Assembly (NCBI GenBank): GCA_963826785.1
Contig: CAWGYD010000010.1
Span: 192,001 to 256,000, forward strand
Length of the DNA: 64,000 bases
Source of the DNA: an uncultured delta proteobacterium
Lineage (GTDB): Bacteria; Desulfobacterota; Desulfobacteria; Desulfobacterales; Desulfosalsimonadaceae
Direction of reading: 5' to 3'
Shown: positions 19,983 through 29,090 of the stretch, one piece after another
Position numbering within the stretch: position 1 is the first letter of the stretch
Layout: every line of letters starts with the position of its first letter
Made by a program: the position numbers and the translations under genes
Notes under the pieces: generated by a model
What the model saw: only the letters and a program-made list of their open reading frames with translations
What the model was told of the DNA's origin: nothing
Databases searched by the model: none

Positions 19983-21185
19983 ATGGCTACAGGAATAAGA
20001 GACAAGGTCGCCATCATCGGCATGGGCTGCACCAAATTCGGGGAACGCTGGGACGTGGGCGCCGAGGAACTCATGGTGGAGGCATATGAGGAATGCCTGG
20101 CCGATGCCGGAATCGAGCAGAACGACATCGGGGCCGCCTGGCTGGGCACCTGCATGGACGAAGTCAATGTGGGTAAAACCGCCATGCCTTTGGCCACCAC
20201 GTTGCGGCTCCCCATGATCCCGGTAACCCGAGTGGAAAATTACTGCGCCACGGGAACCGAAGCCTTCCGGGGGGCCTGCTATGCCGTGGCTTCCGGGGCT
20301 TATGACATCTGCCTGGCCCTGGGCGTGGAGAAGCTGAAAGACACCGGGTACGGCGGCCTTCCCGGGGGCGGCTCCAGTGCCGGAAGCCTGCTGTGGCAGT
20401 GGTGGCCGAACCTCACCGCCCCCGGGTCATTCGCCCAGCTGGCGTCCGCCTATGCGGCCAAGTACAAGGTCAAGGACGCGGACCTCAAGCGGGCCATTGC
20501 CCATATTTCGGTGAAGAGCCACGAAAACGGGTCGCTCAATCCCAAGGCCCACCTGCGCAAGAAGGTCACCGAGGACCAGGTCATGGCCGCCCCCATCATC
20601 GCCCATCCACTGGGTCTGTTCGACTGCTGCGGGGTGAGCGACGGGTCGGCATGCGCCATCGTCACCACCCCGGAAATCGCCCAGAAACTGGGGAAAAAGG
20701 ATTTTGTGACCGTCAAGGCCCTCCAGCTGGCGCTGAGCAGCGGCGAGGAAGTCGGTTTCAACGAGTGGGATGGGGACCATTTCATGACCACCACCAAATG
20801 CAGCCTCAAGGCGTATGAGGAAGCCGGTGTAACCGATCCCAGAAAAGAGATTTCCATGATGGAAGTTCACGACTGTTTTTCCATCACCGAGTTCGTCACT
20901 TACGAGGATCTGCACATTTCTCCCCGGGGGGGCGCCATCAAGGATATCATGAACGGCTTCTATGACCGGGACGGGGGCGTTCCCTGCCAGGTGGACGGCG
21001 GGCTAAAGTGCTTCGGCCATCCCATCGGCGCCTCCGGCCTGCGGATGCTCTATGAGATGTATTTGCAGCTCCACGGCCGGGCGGCCGACCGCCAGATTGA
21101 AAACCCGAAGCTGGGTTTGACCCATAACCTGGGAGGATTTCCGTTCCAGAACATCTGCAGCATCGCCATCATCGGAAAATATTAA
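19983..21185 (+). CDS. SCP2-type thiolase / acetyl-CoA acetyltransferase
   Basis: ENYCATG (nucleophile Cys), EVHDCF, GHPIGASG, HNLGG; RBS GGAGG. Confidence 0.92.
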   Translation: MATGIRDKVAIIGMGCTKFGERWDVGAEELMVEAYEECLADAGIEQNDIGAAWLGTCMDEVNVGKTAMPLATTLRLPMIPVTRVENYCATGTEAFRGACYAVASGAYDICLALGVEKLKDTGYGGLPGGGSSAGSLLWQWWPNLTAPGSFAQLASAYAAKYKVKDADLKRAIAHISVKSHENGSLNPKAHLRKKVTEDQVMAAPIIAHPLGLFDCCGVSDGSACAIVTTPEIAQKLGKKDFVTVKALQLALSSGEEVGFNEWDGDHFMTTTKCSLKAYEEAGVTDPRKEISMMEVHDCFSITEFVTYEDLHISPRGGAIKDIMNGFYDRDGGVPCQVDGGLKCFGHPIGASGLRMLYEMYLQLHGRAADRQIENPKLGLTHNLGGFPFQNICSIAIIGKY

Positions 21186-21188
21186 TCA

Positions 21189-21221
21189 TTGCGATGGGGC
21201 AAAAATTTTGCCCCATCGCAA
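21189..21221. repeat. Perfect 16-bp inverted repeat (REP-like palindrome)
   Basis: TTGCGATGGGGCAAAA-A-TTTTGCCCCATCGCAA. Confidence 0.8.
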
Positions 21222-21232
21222 ACCGCAACAAG

Positions 21233-21276
21233 AAAGGGCGCCACGGGTTTTTAGACCCGGCGGCGCCCTTTTTTTT
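21233..21276. terminator. Probable bidirectional rho-independent terminator
   Basis: AAAGGGCGCC...GGCGCCCTTT plus T run between convergent genes. Confidence 0.8.
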
Positions 21277-21299
21277 GTCATTTGCATTTACGGAGCGTA

Positions 21300-22214
21300 T
21301 CAGAACCTAAGGGCAAGCCCCCCTTCTATTATATTGCGGTCGTAATCATAGGTGTCCACGTTGGAATGGGTGTGGAAATAGGAATAGCTGGTGTAGACCC
21401 CCACATGGGAGGTGAACTGATACTGCATGTCCACATTAAATGCCAGGAGATCGTCCTCCCGGTCATCGGTGGAGGAAGAAGCGGTTTCATAAAAGTTCAC
21501 CTTCGCATCATAGGCGGTGTGCTGGTAATCAACCGAAAACCGGATTTTGCTCAAGTTGTGAAAAAAGATGATGTAGCCGAATCCGCCGCCAAAGGCGGTC
21601 CCGTCTTCATCCGCCGGGTAGTCATCCCGGTCGTCGATACTGGATGCCAGCCCGTAGAGTGCCACGGCATGGGTGATGTTGGGAAGAAGGTACGTCACGG
21701 TGGGAGTGGCATTATAGCGCACATAATCCGTTTTTTCGTCCTCCAGTACGTAATTATATCCCAGAGGGAGGCTGTAGATGAAGTTGCCCGAGAAATACTG
21801 CGGTTCCACCGACACGGTCTGATCGATGACATTATACTGATCATAATCCTGGTGGAAATCGGCATAAGCGCTGTAATCGACGCGCATGCTGAACTGGTTT
21901 TTCACCGGAAACTGCCAGCCGATATTGCCGCTGGCTTCAAATGCGGAATCTTCTTCCTTGTCATTTACATCACCGGAAGATCCCGCGCCCACCCGGGTAT
22001 CGTAAAGACCGCCAAGCCGCAGGGATGCGGAAAGTGGGCTGGCGTCTGTCCGGGCTTGTTTGACACGGTTTTCCATGCCGGTCTTCCCCACCGGGGAAGT
22101 GCTCCGTGACGGAGCGGAGCAGCCTCAGCCGGCTGCCCATGCGGATGTGTATATGCCCGGCAGTAATGCAAGGCAGATGATGGCGATGAATAATGCGGTA
22201 AACGATGATTTCAC
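21300..22214 (-). CDS. Outer-membrane beta-barrel protein with in-frame TGA (candidate selenocysteine, U-G-C motif)
   Basis: AAGGAG RBS then GTG at 22214: MKSSFTALFIAIICLALLPGIYTSAWAAG-TGA(22127-22125)-GCSAPSRSTSP, continuing in frame into ORF 21300..22091, which has amphipathic strands and ends GLALRF. Confidence 0.75.
22083..22124 (-). promoter_or_regulatory. SECIS-like stem-loop 3' of the in-frame UGA
   Basis: mRNA UGA-GGCUGCUCC-GCUCCG[UCA]CGGAGC-A-CUUCCCC[GGU]GGGGAAG; the G-starting loop lies 32 nt after the UGA. Confidence 0.55.
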
Positions 22215-22527
22215 GCTGTTCTCCTTTTTCGATGGTTGGCGCATCAAGGGCTGACAAGCAGCGGATTTGCCAAATTTATGCATTGAGGATAATCTTTACC
22301 GGATGCCAATTATCTTTGCAAGAATTTTCCCCGCATCCGGGGATGGTCATTTTAGTAAAACACGGCGCACCGCTACTTCACGACCATATATCAGTATAAT
22401 ACTATAAATTTCAGTTATATAATTGTAAATAAATTTTTTGTTGACGTTTTGTTTTGCGACATGCTAAAAAAACTAAACTGGTTGGCCGACTTATTTTTTT
22501 TTAACCCACCGATGAAGGAGTTTTTCC

Positions 22528-23706
22528 ATGCTTCCTGAATTTTTCGAGTTCTACAATCCCACCAAAGTGGTATACGAGGCCGGTGTATCAACGGATCTGA
22601 AACCGGAACTGGACCTGATCGGCATCCGGAAATATTTCATCATTTCCGATCAGATCATCAACGGCCTGGGACATGTCCAGAAAATCGCGGACGGCCTTAA
22701 AGAAGCGGGATTTGAGGTCACCGGCTATTTTCTGGATGTAAAGCAGGATGCGCGCTTAAATGACGTTCAAGCCTGCGCCGATTTGGTGAAGGCCTCGGGC
22801 GCGGAGGGGATCCTTTCCATCGGCGGCGGCAGTGTCATCGATACGGCCAAGGCGGTCAACATCCTGTTTTCGGTAGGCGGAGACCTTGTGGAAGATTTTT
22901 CCGGCGCCCACACCCTGACCCGGCCCTTGAACCCGCATGTGGTGATCCCCACCACCGCAGGTACGGGCAGTGAAGTCACCATGGCGGCGGTGATCTATGA
23001 CGAGGAGAACAAGGAAAAGCTGGCCTTTCCGGATAAATTCCTCCTGCCGAACCTGGCGGTCCTCGATCCCGAGCTAACCCTCTCTCTTCCTCCGAAGATG
23101 ACGGCGGCCACCGGCATGGACGCGCTCACCCATGCCATCGAGGCATTCGTGGGCAATGACGCCTCCCCCATTTCAGATGCATTTGCCGTCGGGGCGATTG
23201 AACTCATCATGAACAATCTGGTAAAAGCCACCGAACACGGTGATGACATTGAGGCCCGGGGCGCCATGCTCATCGCCTCCACCATGGCCGGGATCGCTTT
23301 TACCCATTCCATGTGCGGCTGCGTCCATGGCATGGCGCATGCGACGGGCGCCCACTACCGTGTTCCCCACGGCGTGGCCAACGGCATCCTGCTTCCCTTC
23401 GGCATGGAATTCAATTTTGAAGAGATAAAACACAAACTCGTCCGGCTGCTGCCTTTCATGGGCGTACCGGCAGAGGCCGGTCTGTCCGAGGATGAAGGGG
23501 CCCGCAAAGTCATCGATGCGGTCAGAAAATTGACCGCCCGCCTGAATCAGCTGGGTGCCCTGCCCCTGCGGCTCAGCGAAGTCGGCGTGCCCGAAGACGG
23601 CCTTATTGAGATTGCCGAAGGCGCGCTAAACGACGGCACTTCTTTTTACAACCCCCGGGAGATGGACGCAGAAGAGCTGCTCCCCTTCATTCAGAAAGCA
23701 TATTAA
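22528..23706 (+). CDS. Iron-containing alcohol dehydrogenase
   Basis: GGGSVIDTAK, PTTAGTGSE, DALTHAIE, HGMAH...HG. Confidence 0.95.
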   Translation: MLPEFFEFYNPTKVVYEAGVSTDLKPELDLIGIRKYFIISDQIINGLGHVQKIADGLKEAGFEVTGYFLDVKQDARLNDVQACADLVKASGAEGILSIGGGSVIDTAKAVNILFSVGGDLVEDFSGAHTLTRPLNPHVVIPTTAGTGSEVTMAAVIYDEENKEKLAFPDKFLLPNLAVLDPELTLSLPPKMTAATGMDALTHAIEAFVGNDASPISDAFAVGAIELIMNNLVKATEHGDDIEARGAMLIASTMAGIAFTHSMCGCVHGMAHATGAHYRVPHGVANGILLPFGMEFNFEEIKHKLVRLLPFMGVPAEAGLSEDEGARKVIDAVRKLTARLNQLGALPLRLSEVGVPEDGLIEIAEGALNDGTSFYNPREMDAEELLPFIQKAY

Positions 23707-23807
23707 CGGCAATGCCGCAAAGCCTGGAAAACCTGATTACTTTCATTTAAAATCGTGTTGTCCCCATGTCATCAACGACTGACCTCAAACCAAAGGAGAC
23801 GAAGACC

Positions 23808-24245
23808 ATGGCCACGTTTGAAAGCGCTGAGAAATTGGAAGAAGTTCTGGGGGGATTTTTTCAAAAGATGGCGGAAACACCCGTCATTTCGGATAAACTG
23901 CTCAAGTCGAAATTGATTATCCGTTTTTCCTATACGGATCCGGACCTGGTCGTGGTGGTGGACTGCTCCGGGGACAAGATCGATGTCCGTCCGCGTGATG
24001 CCGAAACCAAAGCCATCGTTGAAATGTCCATGTCTGCGGATATCGCTCACAAGTTCTGGTTCGGCAAGGTCAACCTGACCAAGGCGCTGACCCGGAAAGA
24101 GATGGTCGCAAAGGGGCCGATCCCCAAGGTGTTGAAGCTGCTTCCCGCCATCAAACCTGCCTATGCCATGTACCCGCAGTACCTGGATGCAAGCGGATTT
24201 GGACACTACAATATCTTGAAACCGTTTAGTCCGGCCACGGCATAG
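23808..24245 (+). CDS. Stand-alone SCP2 sterol/lipid-binding domain protein
   Basis: VEMSMSADIAHKFWFGKVNLTKALTRKEMVAKG pattern; RBS AAGGAG. Confidence 0.78.
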   Translation: MATFESAEKLEEVLGGFFQKMAETPVISDKLLKSKLIIRFSYTDPDLVVVVDCSGDKIDVRPRDAETKAIVEMSMSADIAHKFWFGKVNLTKALTRKEMVAKGPIPKVLKLLPAIKPAYAMYPQYLDASGFGHYNILKPFSPATA

Positions 24246-24418
24246 CCCGGGCGCCTAAAAACCAAAAATCGGGTTGCCGGCCCTGACGTGCGGCGGCCCG
24301 TCCGCCTGGCATATTTCAAAGCCAAACGCCAAAAAGCACTGTGCAAAACCGGTGACGGCCTGAGCGCAACCGTTTAGCCGATGCTCTGTTATTAACCTTT
24401 GCTGTTGGAGGAATCACG

Positions 24419-26296
24419 ATGGGAGGCTACGCCGGACAACTCCTCTATATCGACTTGACTTCGAAATCGATTGAGAAAAAACCGCTGGATAAGGATTTTG
24501 CCCGGGAAAATATCGGTGGCCTTGGATTTGGCACCCGTATTTACCTGGACCTGATCAAGGGCCATCCCCATTTCGATGCCCTGTCGCCGGAAAACCCGTT
24601 CGTGCTGATGACCGGCCCCCTGACCGGCATGAAACTCGACGGGGTGGCCCGATGGACCGTCGGGACCAAATCGCCGCAGACCGGATTCTGGGGGGATGCC
24701 AACGTGGGCGGATTCTTCGGCGCCAAGCTCAAGTTTGCAGGCTACGACGGCATCGTGATCACCGGCAAAGCGGACAGTCCCGTCTATATCTATATCAACG
24801 GGGAGACGGTGGAAATTCGGAATGCGGATGCATACTGGGGCATGGACACCTATGAAACCAATGATGCCATGATCGGCCATCTGAAAGACCCGGGCAAACG
24901 CGGAGGGCATGTGCTGTGCATCGGCCCGGCCGGTGAAAAACAGATCCCGTTTGCCGCCATCATCAACAACAAGCGGCACGCGGCCGGCCGCACCGGCATG
25001 GGGGCGGTATGGGGTTCCAAAAACCTCAAGGCCATCTATGCGGACGGCACCCGAAAAATCGGCATTGCCGATCCGGAAAGATTAAAGGAGATCAGGGAAG
25101 AGCTCAAATCGGTGTACGAGGAAAGCATCTTCATCGACGCCATCCGTGCCAGCGGCACGCCGGCCCATATCGATGTGGGAATCATCAGCGGTGACGTTCC
25201 CATCAAAAACTGGCAGGAAAATCAGTGGGACCTCATCGACGAGATCGGTCCCGGGGCCATCGAGGAAAAAATCCATGCCGGCCACAAGACCTGCTACGGT
25301 TGCACGGTGGCCTGCAAAAAAGACGCCGAAGTCAAGAACGGTCCCTTCAAGATGCAAAAGGGCCCTTCCCCCGAGTATGAAACCGTGGCCACTTTCGGTT
25401 CCATGTGCCTCAACAGCGACATCGAATCCATTGCCAAGGCAAATGACATCTGCAACCGATACGGTATGGATACCATCACCTGCGGCTCCACCATCGCTTT
25501 TGCCATCGAATGCTTCGAAAATGGCCTGATCGGCATGAAAGACACGGATGGCATTTCCCTGAACTGGGGCAATGCGGAAGCGATTGTGGCCATGACCGAA
25601 AAAATCGCAAAACGGGAGGGTTTCGGGGCGCTGCTGGCAGAAGGAAGTGCCCGGGCCGCCAAAAAAATCGGTAAAAACGCCGAGGATTTCCTTTCCACGG
25701 TGAAGGGGCTCGAAGCGCCCATGCATGATCCGCGCGGATTCCACGGCTATGGCCTGGCATACGGGGTCTCCCCCCGGGGGGCCTGCCACGAGGCCAGCCT
25801 GGATTTCAACGTGGAAAGCGGCGCCATGTTCATCCCTGAAATCGAGGCGCTCTCTTTGGAATACGAGGAGCATACCAGCGAGGGCCGGGCCGAATTAAAC
25901 ATCGCCTGCCAGGATTTCGGCATGTTTTTTTCCAGCTGCGCGGTTTTCTGCACACTGGGGGGAACCCCCTTGAATGCGACCCAGTCCATCGACATCGTCA
26001 ATGCCGTAACCGGGTTCGACTACACCCTGGAAGAAGTCATCGAAATCGGCAGACGGGTCTGGCTGACCAAGCGGGGGCTGACCAACCTGTTCGGCGCCCG
26101 GGCCGCCGACGACCGCCTGCCCAAGCGGCTGATGAGTGTTCCCCTGGACGGCCCCACCGAGGGGAGCGTCCCGGATATGGAGACAATGCTTTTAGAATTC
26201 TATCAACTGCGGGGGTTCAACGAAGACGGCGTTCCGGAAAGACAAACCCTGGAAGCTGCCGGGCTGTCCGAACTGGCAGACCTGCTGCATCCCTGA
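24419..26296 (+). CDS. Aldehyde:ferredoxin oxidoreductase (tungsten AOR family)
   Basis: AGRTGMGAVWGSKNLKAI, CYGCTVAC, PEYET, YGMDTI, HDPRG, DDRLPKR. Confidence 0.95.
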   Translation: MGGYAGQLLYIDLTSKSIEKKPLDKDFARENIGGLGFGTRIYLDLIKGHPHFDALSPENPFVLMTGPLTGMKLDGVARWTVGTKSPQTGFWGDANVGGFFGAKLKFAGYDGIVITGKADSPVYIYINGETVEIRNADAYWGMDTYETNDAMIGHLKDPGKRGGHVLCIGPAGEKQIPFAAIINNKRHAAGRTGMGAVWGSKNLKAIYADGTRKIGIADPERLKEIREELKSVYEESIFIDAIRASGTPAHIDVGIISGDVPIKNWQENQWDLIDEIGPGAIEEKIHAGHKTCYGCTVACKKDAEVKNGPFKMQKGPSPEYETVATFGSMCLNSDIESIAKANDICNRYGMDTITCGSTIAFAIECFENGLIGMKDTDGISLNWGNAEAIVAMTEKIAKREGFGALLAEGSARAAKKIGKNAEDFLSTVKGLEAPMHDPRGFHGYGLAYGVSPRGACHEASLDFNVESGAMFIPEIEALSLEYEEHTSEGRAELNIACQDFGMFFSSCAVFCTLGGTPLNATQSIDIVNAVTGFDYTLEEVIEIGRRVWLTKRGLTNLFGARAADDRLPKRLMSVPLDGPTEGSVPDMETMLLEFYQLRGFNEDGVPERQTLEAAGLSELADLLHP

Positions 26297-26436
26297 GAAG
26301 ATTTCAGTTTGCATTTTATCCTCTCACAATAGGCGCAAAGCGTTCGCAAATCGATCATGCCTTTCCTTGCGCCTTTGTGAGAGCACTTTTCCTATGATAT
26401 TTTCTATCCTGGCAGTGAATATAAGAAAGCGGATCT

Positions 26437-27015
26437 TTGAACGAGTTAAAAAAGCAAGCCAAGCAGGCTGAAAAACGCCAGCAGATCATTGACGCGGCCG
26501 CCCGCCTGATGGTCCGGCAGGGAATCGAAAAAACCAGCCTTTCGGACATTGCAAAAGAAGCCGGCATCAGCAAAGGCAGCCTTTACTACTATTATGCATC
26601 CAAAAATGACCTGATTTTCGACATCACCGAATTTCATATCAACCAGATATCTGCAAACCTTTTTTCCATCATAGAAGAAAGCAAGGGGAACGCCAGCTGG
26701 GAGGATCTGTTAAAGATCCTGTTTGACCGGATACTGGCCGCCGATACCCGGGGGCGGCTGCACCTGTATCTTATTCAGCAGACCCTGAGCGGCAACGGGG
26801 AACTGGCTGGACGGTTTAAAAAGAAATATGAGGAATGGAACCAGACCATCCGGGAGGGATTTGCCAAGATCGAGCCTGAAAACAAAACCCAATCCGTTCT
26901 TTCCTCTCTGATCATCGCCACCCTGGACGGGTTTCTCATTCAATCTCTTCTCGGTATCGACATCCTGCCGTCTGACATCCTGGTCCGTCATTTGAATGTC
27001 AAGATTGACAAATAG
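26437..27015 (+). CDS. TetR/AcrR regulator
   Basis: TSLSDIAKEAGISKGSLYYYYASK HTH. Confidence 0.9.
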   Translation: MNELKKQAKQAEKRQQIIDAAARLMVRQGIEKTSLSDIAKEAGISKGSLYYYYASKNDLIFDITEFHINQISANLFSIIEESKGNASWEDLLKILFDRILAADTRGRLHLYLIQQTLSGNGELAGRFKKKYEEWNQTIREGFAKIEPENKTQSVLSSLIIATLDGFLIQSLLGIDILPSDILVRHLNVKIDK

Positions 27016-27089
27016 CGGCCTGAAATTGTGCCGCCCGCTCGATTCCATTCGTCACTTCCAAAGGCCAGCCAGACGGATTGACAAAGCGG

Positions 27090-27557
27090 CTATTTCTGGG
27101 TCTTTTCCTCCAGATTCATTGCCTTCATGACTTCCGCGGTAACGTCTTTTCCGCCAATAATCAGCGAATTGGAATCAAATATATAGTCATACCCCTTTTC
27201 ATCGGCAATTTTCTGCAAATCCTTTTTTACTTCCGCGAGGGCTTCCTTCTGCAGCTTTTCACCCTGTTGCTTGGCCTGCTGCTGCATTTGCTCCTGGGCC
27301 GCCATCTGCTTTTCCTCGCTCATGCCTTTCAGTTTTTCCTGCATGCCCTGAATTTGGGTTTCAAAATCCTTCTGAGCTTTCACGAATGCCGGGTGGGCTT
27401 CGAGAATTTTTGCGGTATCGATGGATACGATCGTCAGCTTGCAGGCGTTTTCAGCAAAAAGGGGCCCGGGATGAAATGCCAGCAGGACACCTATGAAAAG
27501 GATTAAAACGGTCCGGGAAAAGATATCGGCCATTCTTGATTTCATTCTGCCATTCAT
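27090..27557 (-). CDS. OmpH/Skp periplasmic chaperone
   Basis: Signal peptide, IVSIDT..IL, Gln-rich coiled coil, IADEKGYDYIFD...DVTAEV. Confidence 0.85.
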   Translation of the reverse strand: MNGRMKSRMADIFSRTVLILFIGVLLAFHPGPLFAENACKLTIVSIDTAKILEAHPAFVKAQKDFETQIQGMQEKLKGMSEEKQMAAQEQMQQQAKQQGEKLQKEALAEVKKDLQKIADEKGYDYIFDSNSLIIGGKDVTAEVMKAMNLEEKTQK

Positions 27558-27826
27558 ATTGTCGTCCTTCCGAATCAATTGGTTAACACACATAGAAAAC
27601 AACCGTGCAGCCGATGCGCCATGCTTCTATTATCTTAAACATTTCAAAAAGCATCGCAAAGCCGATGGCATAAGCCGGAAACGGGCGTTGCCAACAATGA
27701 TTTCAATTCATCCGGTGATCCGGGAAACCGGCACCGTTTTTTAATCAAACCCGTGCTTTGCAATTGATCTTCCGCATGGAGTCTGTTAATGAATACGGAC
27801 AAATTCGACTCGGAAAGGAACGCCCC

Positions 27827-28159
27827 ATGACCCGAACCACCCTGGAACAAATCGAAGAAAAAATCAGAAATTCGCCCAATATTCCAAATGAGAACAAGCA
27901 GGAATACCTTAATATGCTGAAGGCCTTGAACTCTGAGATCGAGGGATTGAAAATCACAGAGAAAGAAAAGGCGCAGAGCATAAAGGGATTTGCCAAGATT
28001 TCCACCCATGAGGCCACCCGGGAGAAAATCGACCCCAACCTGATGGAAATATCCATAGAAGGCCTTTCGTCCTCGGTTCGGGAACTGGAAGCATCCAATC
28101 CCCGGCTGGTCGGGCTGGTCAATTCATTGTGCGATTTTCTGTCCAAGATCGGCATCTGA
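27827..28159 (+). CDS. Small helical protein, DUF4404-like
   Basis: C-terminal LEASNPRLVGLVNSLCDFLSKIGI pattern. Confidence 0.75.
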   Translation: MTRTTLEQIEEKIRNSPNIPNENKQEYLNMLKALNSEIEGLKITEKEKAQSIKGFAKISTHEATREKIDPNLMEISIEGLSSSVRELEASNPRLVGLVNSLCDFLSKIGI

Positions 28160-28197
28160 ACTCCACTCCGGAATATAACTACAACGGGAATGGAAAA

Positions 28198-29046
28198 ATG
28201 GCCGTGGCAACCCAAAACACCGGCAGTTTTGCGACCGGGGACGGACAGACGATTTTTTTCCGGCATGCCGCCGCGCAGCCCGAGCGGGGCCGAATGGTCC
28301 TGGCCCACGGAATGGGAGAGCACTCTGGCCGCTATGCCCATGTGATCAGCCGGATAACCGGGACCGGCGTGTCCGTGTGGGCACCCGATCACCGGGGACA
28401 TGGCCGGAGTACTGGAAAGCGCGGTCACATCGATTCTTTTGATCAATATATTTCCGATCTGGATCAAATGGTGGCCATCGCCCGAAAGGATATGCCGCCG
28501 GGCCTGCCGTTTTTCATGCTGGGCCACAGCCTGGGCGGACTCATGGCCCTGTCCTGGGCCGAAACCCGCGCCGAAAAAACGGACCGGATCATCGCCTCCT
28601 CCCCCGGATTGCGCCCCGCGGTCAAAGTTCCGCTGATCAAGGGGGCTTTGGGCCGGATCATGTCCAGGATATATCCGTCTCTTACCTTTGACAATGAACT
28701 CGATTCGACTGCTTTGAGTCATGATCCCGATGTGATCTCCGGATACGATCATGACCCGCTGGTGCACCGGCGCATTTCCGCCCGGATGTTTACCGAAATG
28801 ATTTCTGAAATGGAACACACCACCCGCCGGGCCGCCATGATCACAAATCCCCTGCTCATGCAGGTGGCCGGCGCCGACCGACTCGTCGATCCGGCCCTTT
28901 CCGTCTCCTTTTTTGAAGATGTGGCCTCCACCGATAAACGGCTGCATCTCTATGATCCGCTTTTCCATGAAATCTATAATGAATCAGCTGCGGACCGGGC
29001 AGAAGTGCTAAATGATCTTCAAAACTGGATCTCCGGGCACATGTAA
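28198..29046 (+). CDS. Alpha/beta hydrolase, lysophospholipase/monoacylglycerol lipase family
   Basis: HGMGEHSGRY, DHRGHG, GHSLGG, HEIYNE. Confidence 0.92.
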   Translation: MAVATQNTGSFATGDGQTIFFRHAAAQPERGRMVLAHGMGEHSGRYAHVISRITGTGVSVWAPDHRGHGRSTGKRGHIDSFDQYISDLDQMVAIARKDMPPGLPFFMLGHSLGGLMALSWAETRAEKTDRIIASSPGLRPAVKVPLIKGALGRIMSRIYPSLTFDNELDSTALSHDPDVISGYDHDPLVHRRISARMFTEMISEMEHTTRRAAMITNPLLMQVAGADRLVDPALSVSFFEDVASTDKRLHLYDPLFHEIYNESAADRAEVLNDLQNWISGHM

Positions 29047-29090
29047 CCGGTGGCGTGAAGGATATGATGCGGCAGAGGTTGATATAAGCG

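Noticed and set aside
21965..22257. Short minus-strand ORFs 21965..22171 and 21970..22257 as the frameshifted 5' end of the barrel gene
   Set aside because: The signal peptide is in the same frame as the barrel, so no frameshift is needed; these ORFs lack signal-peptide character.
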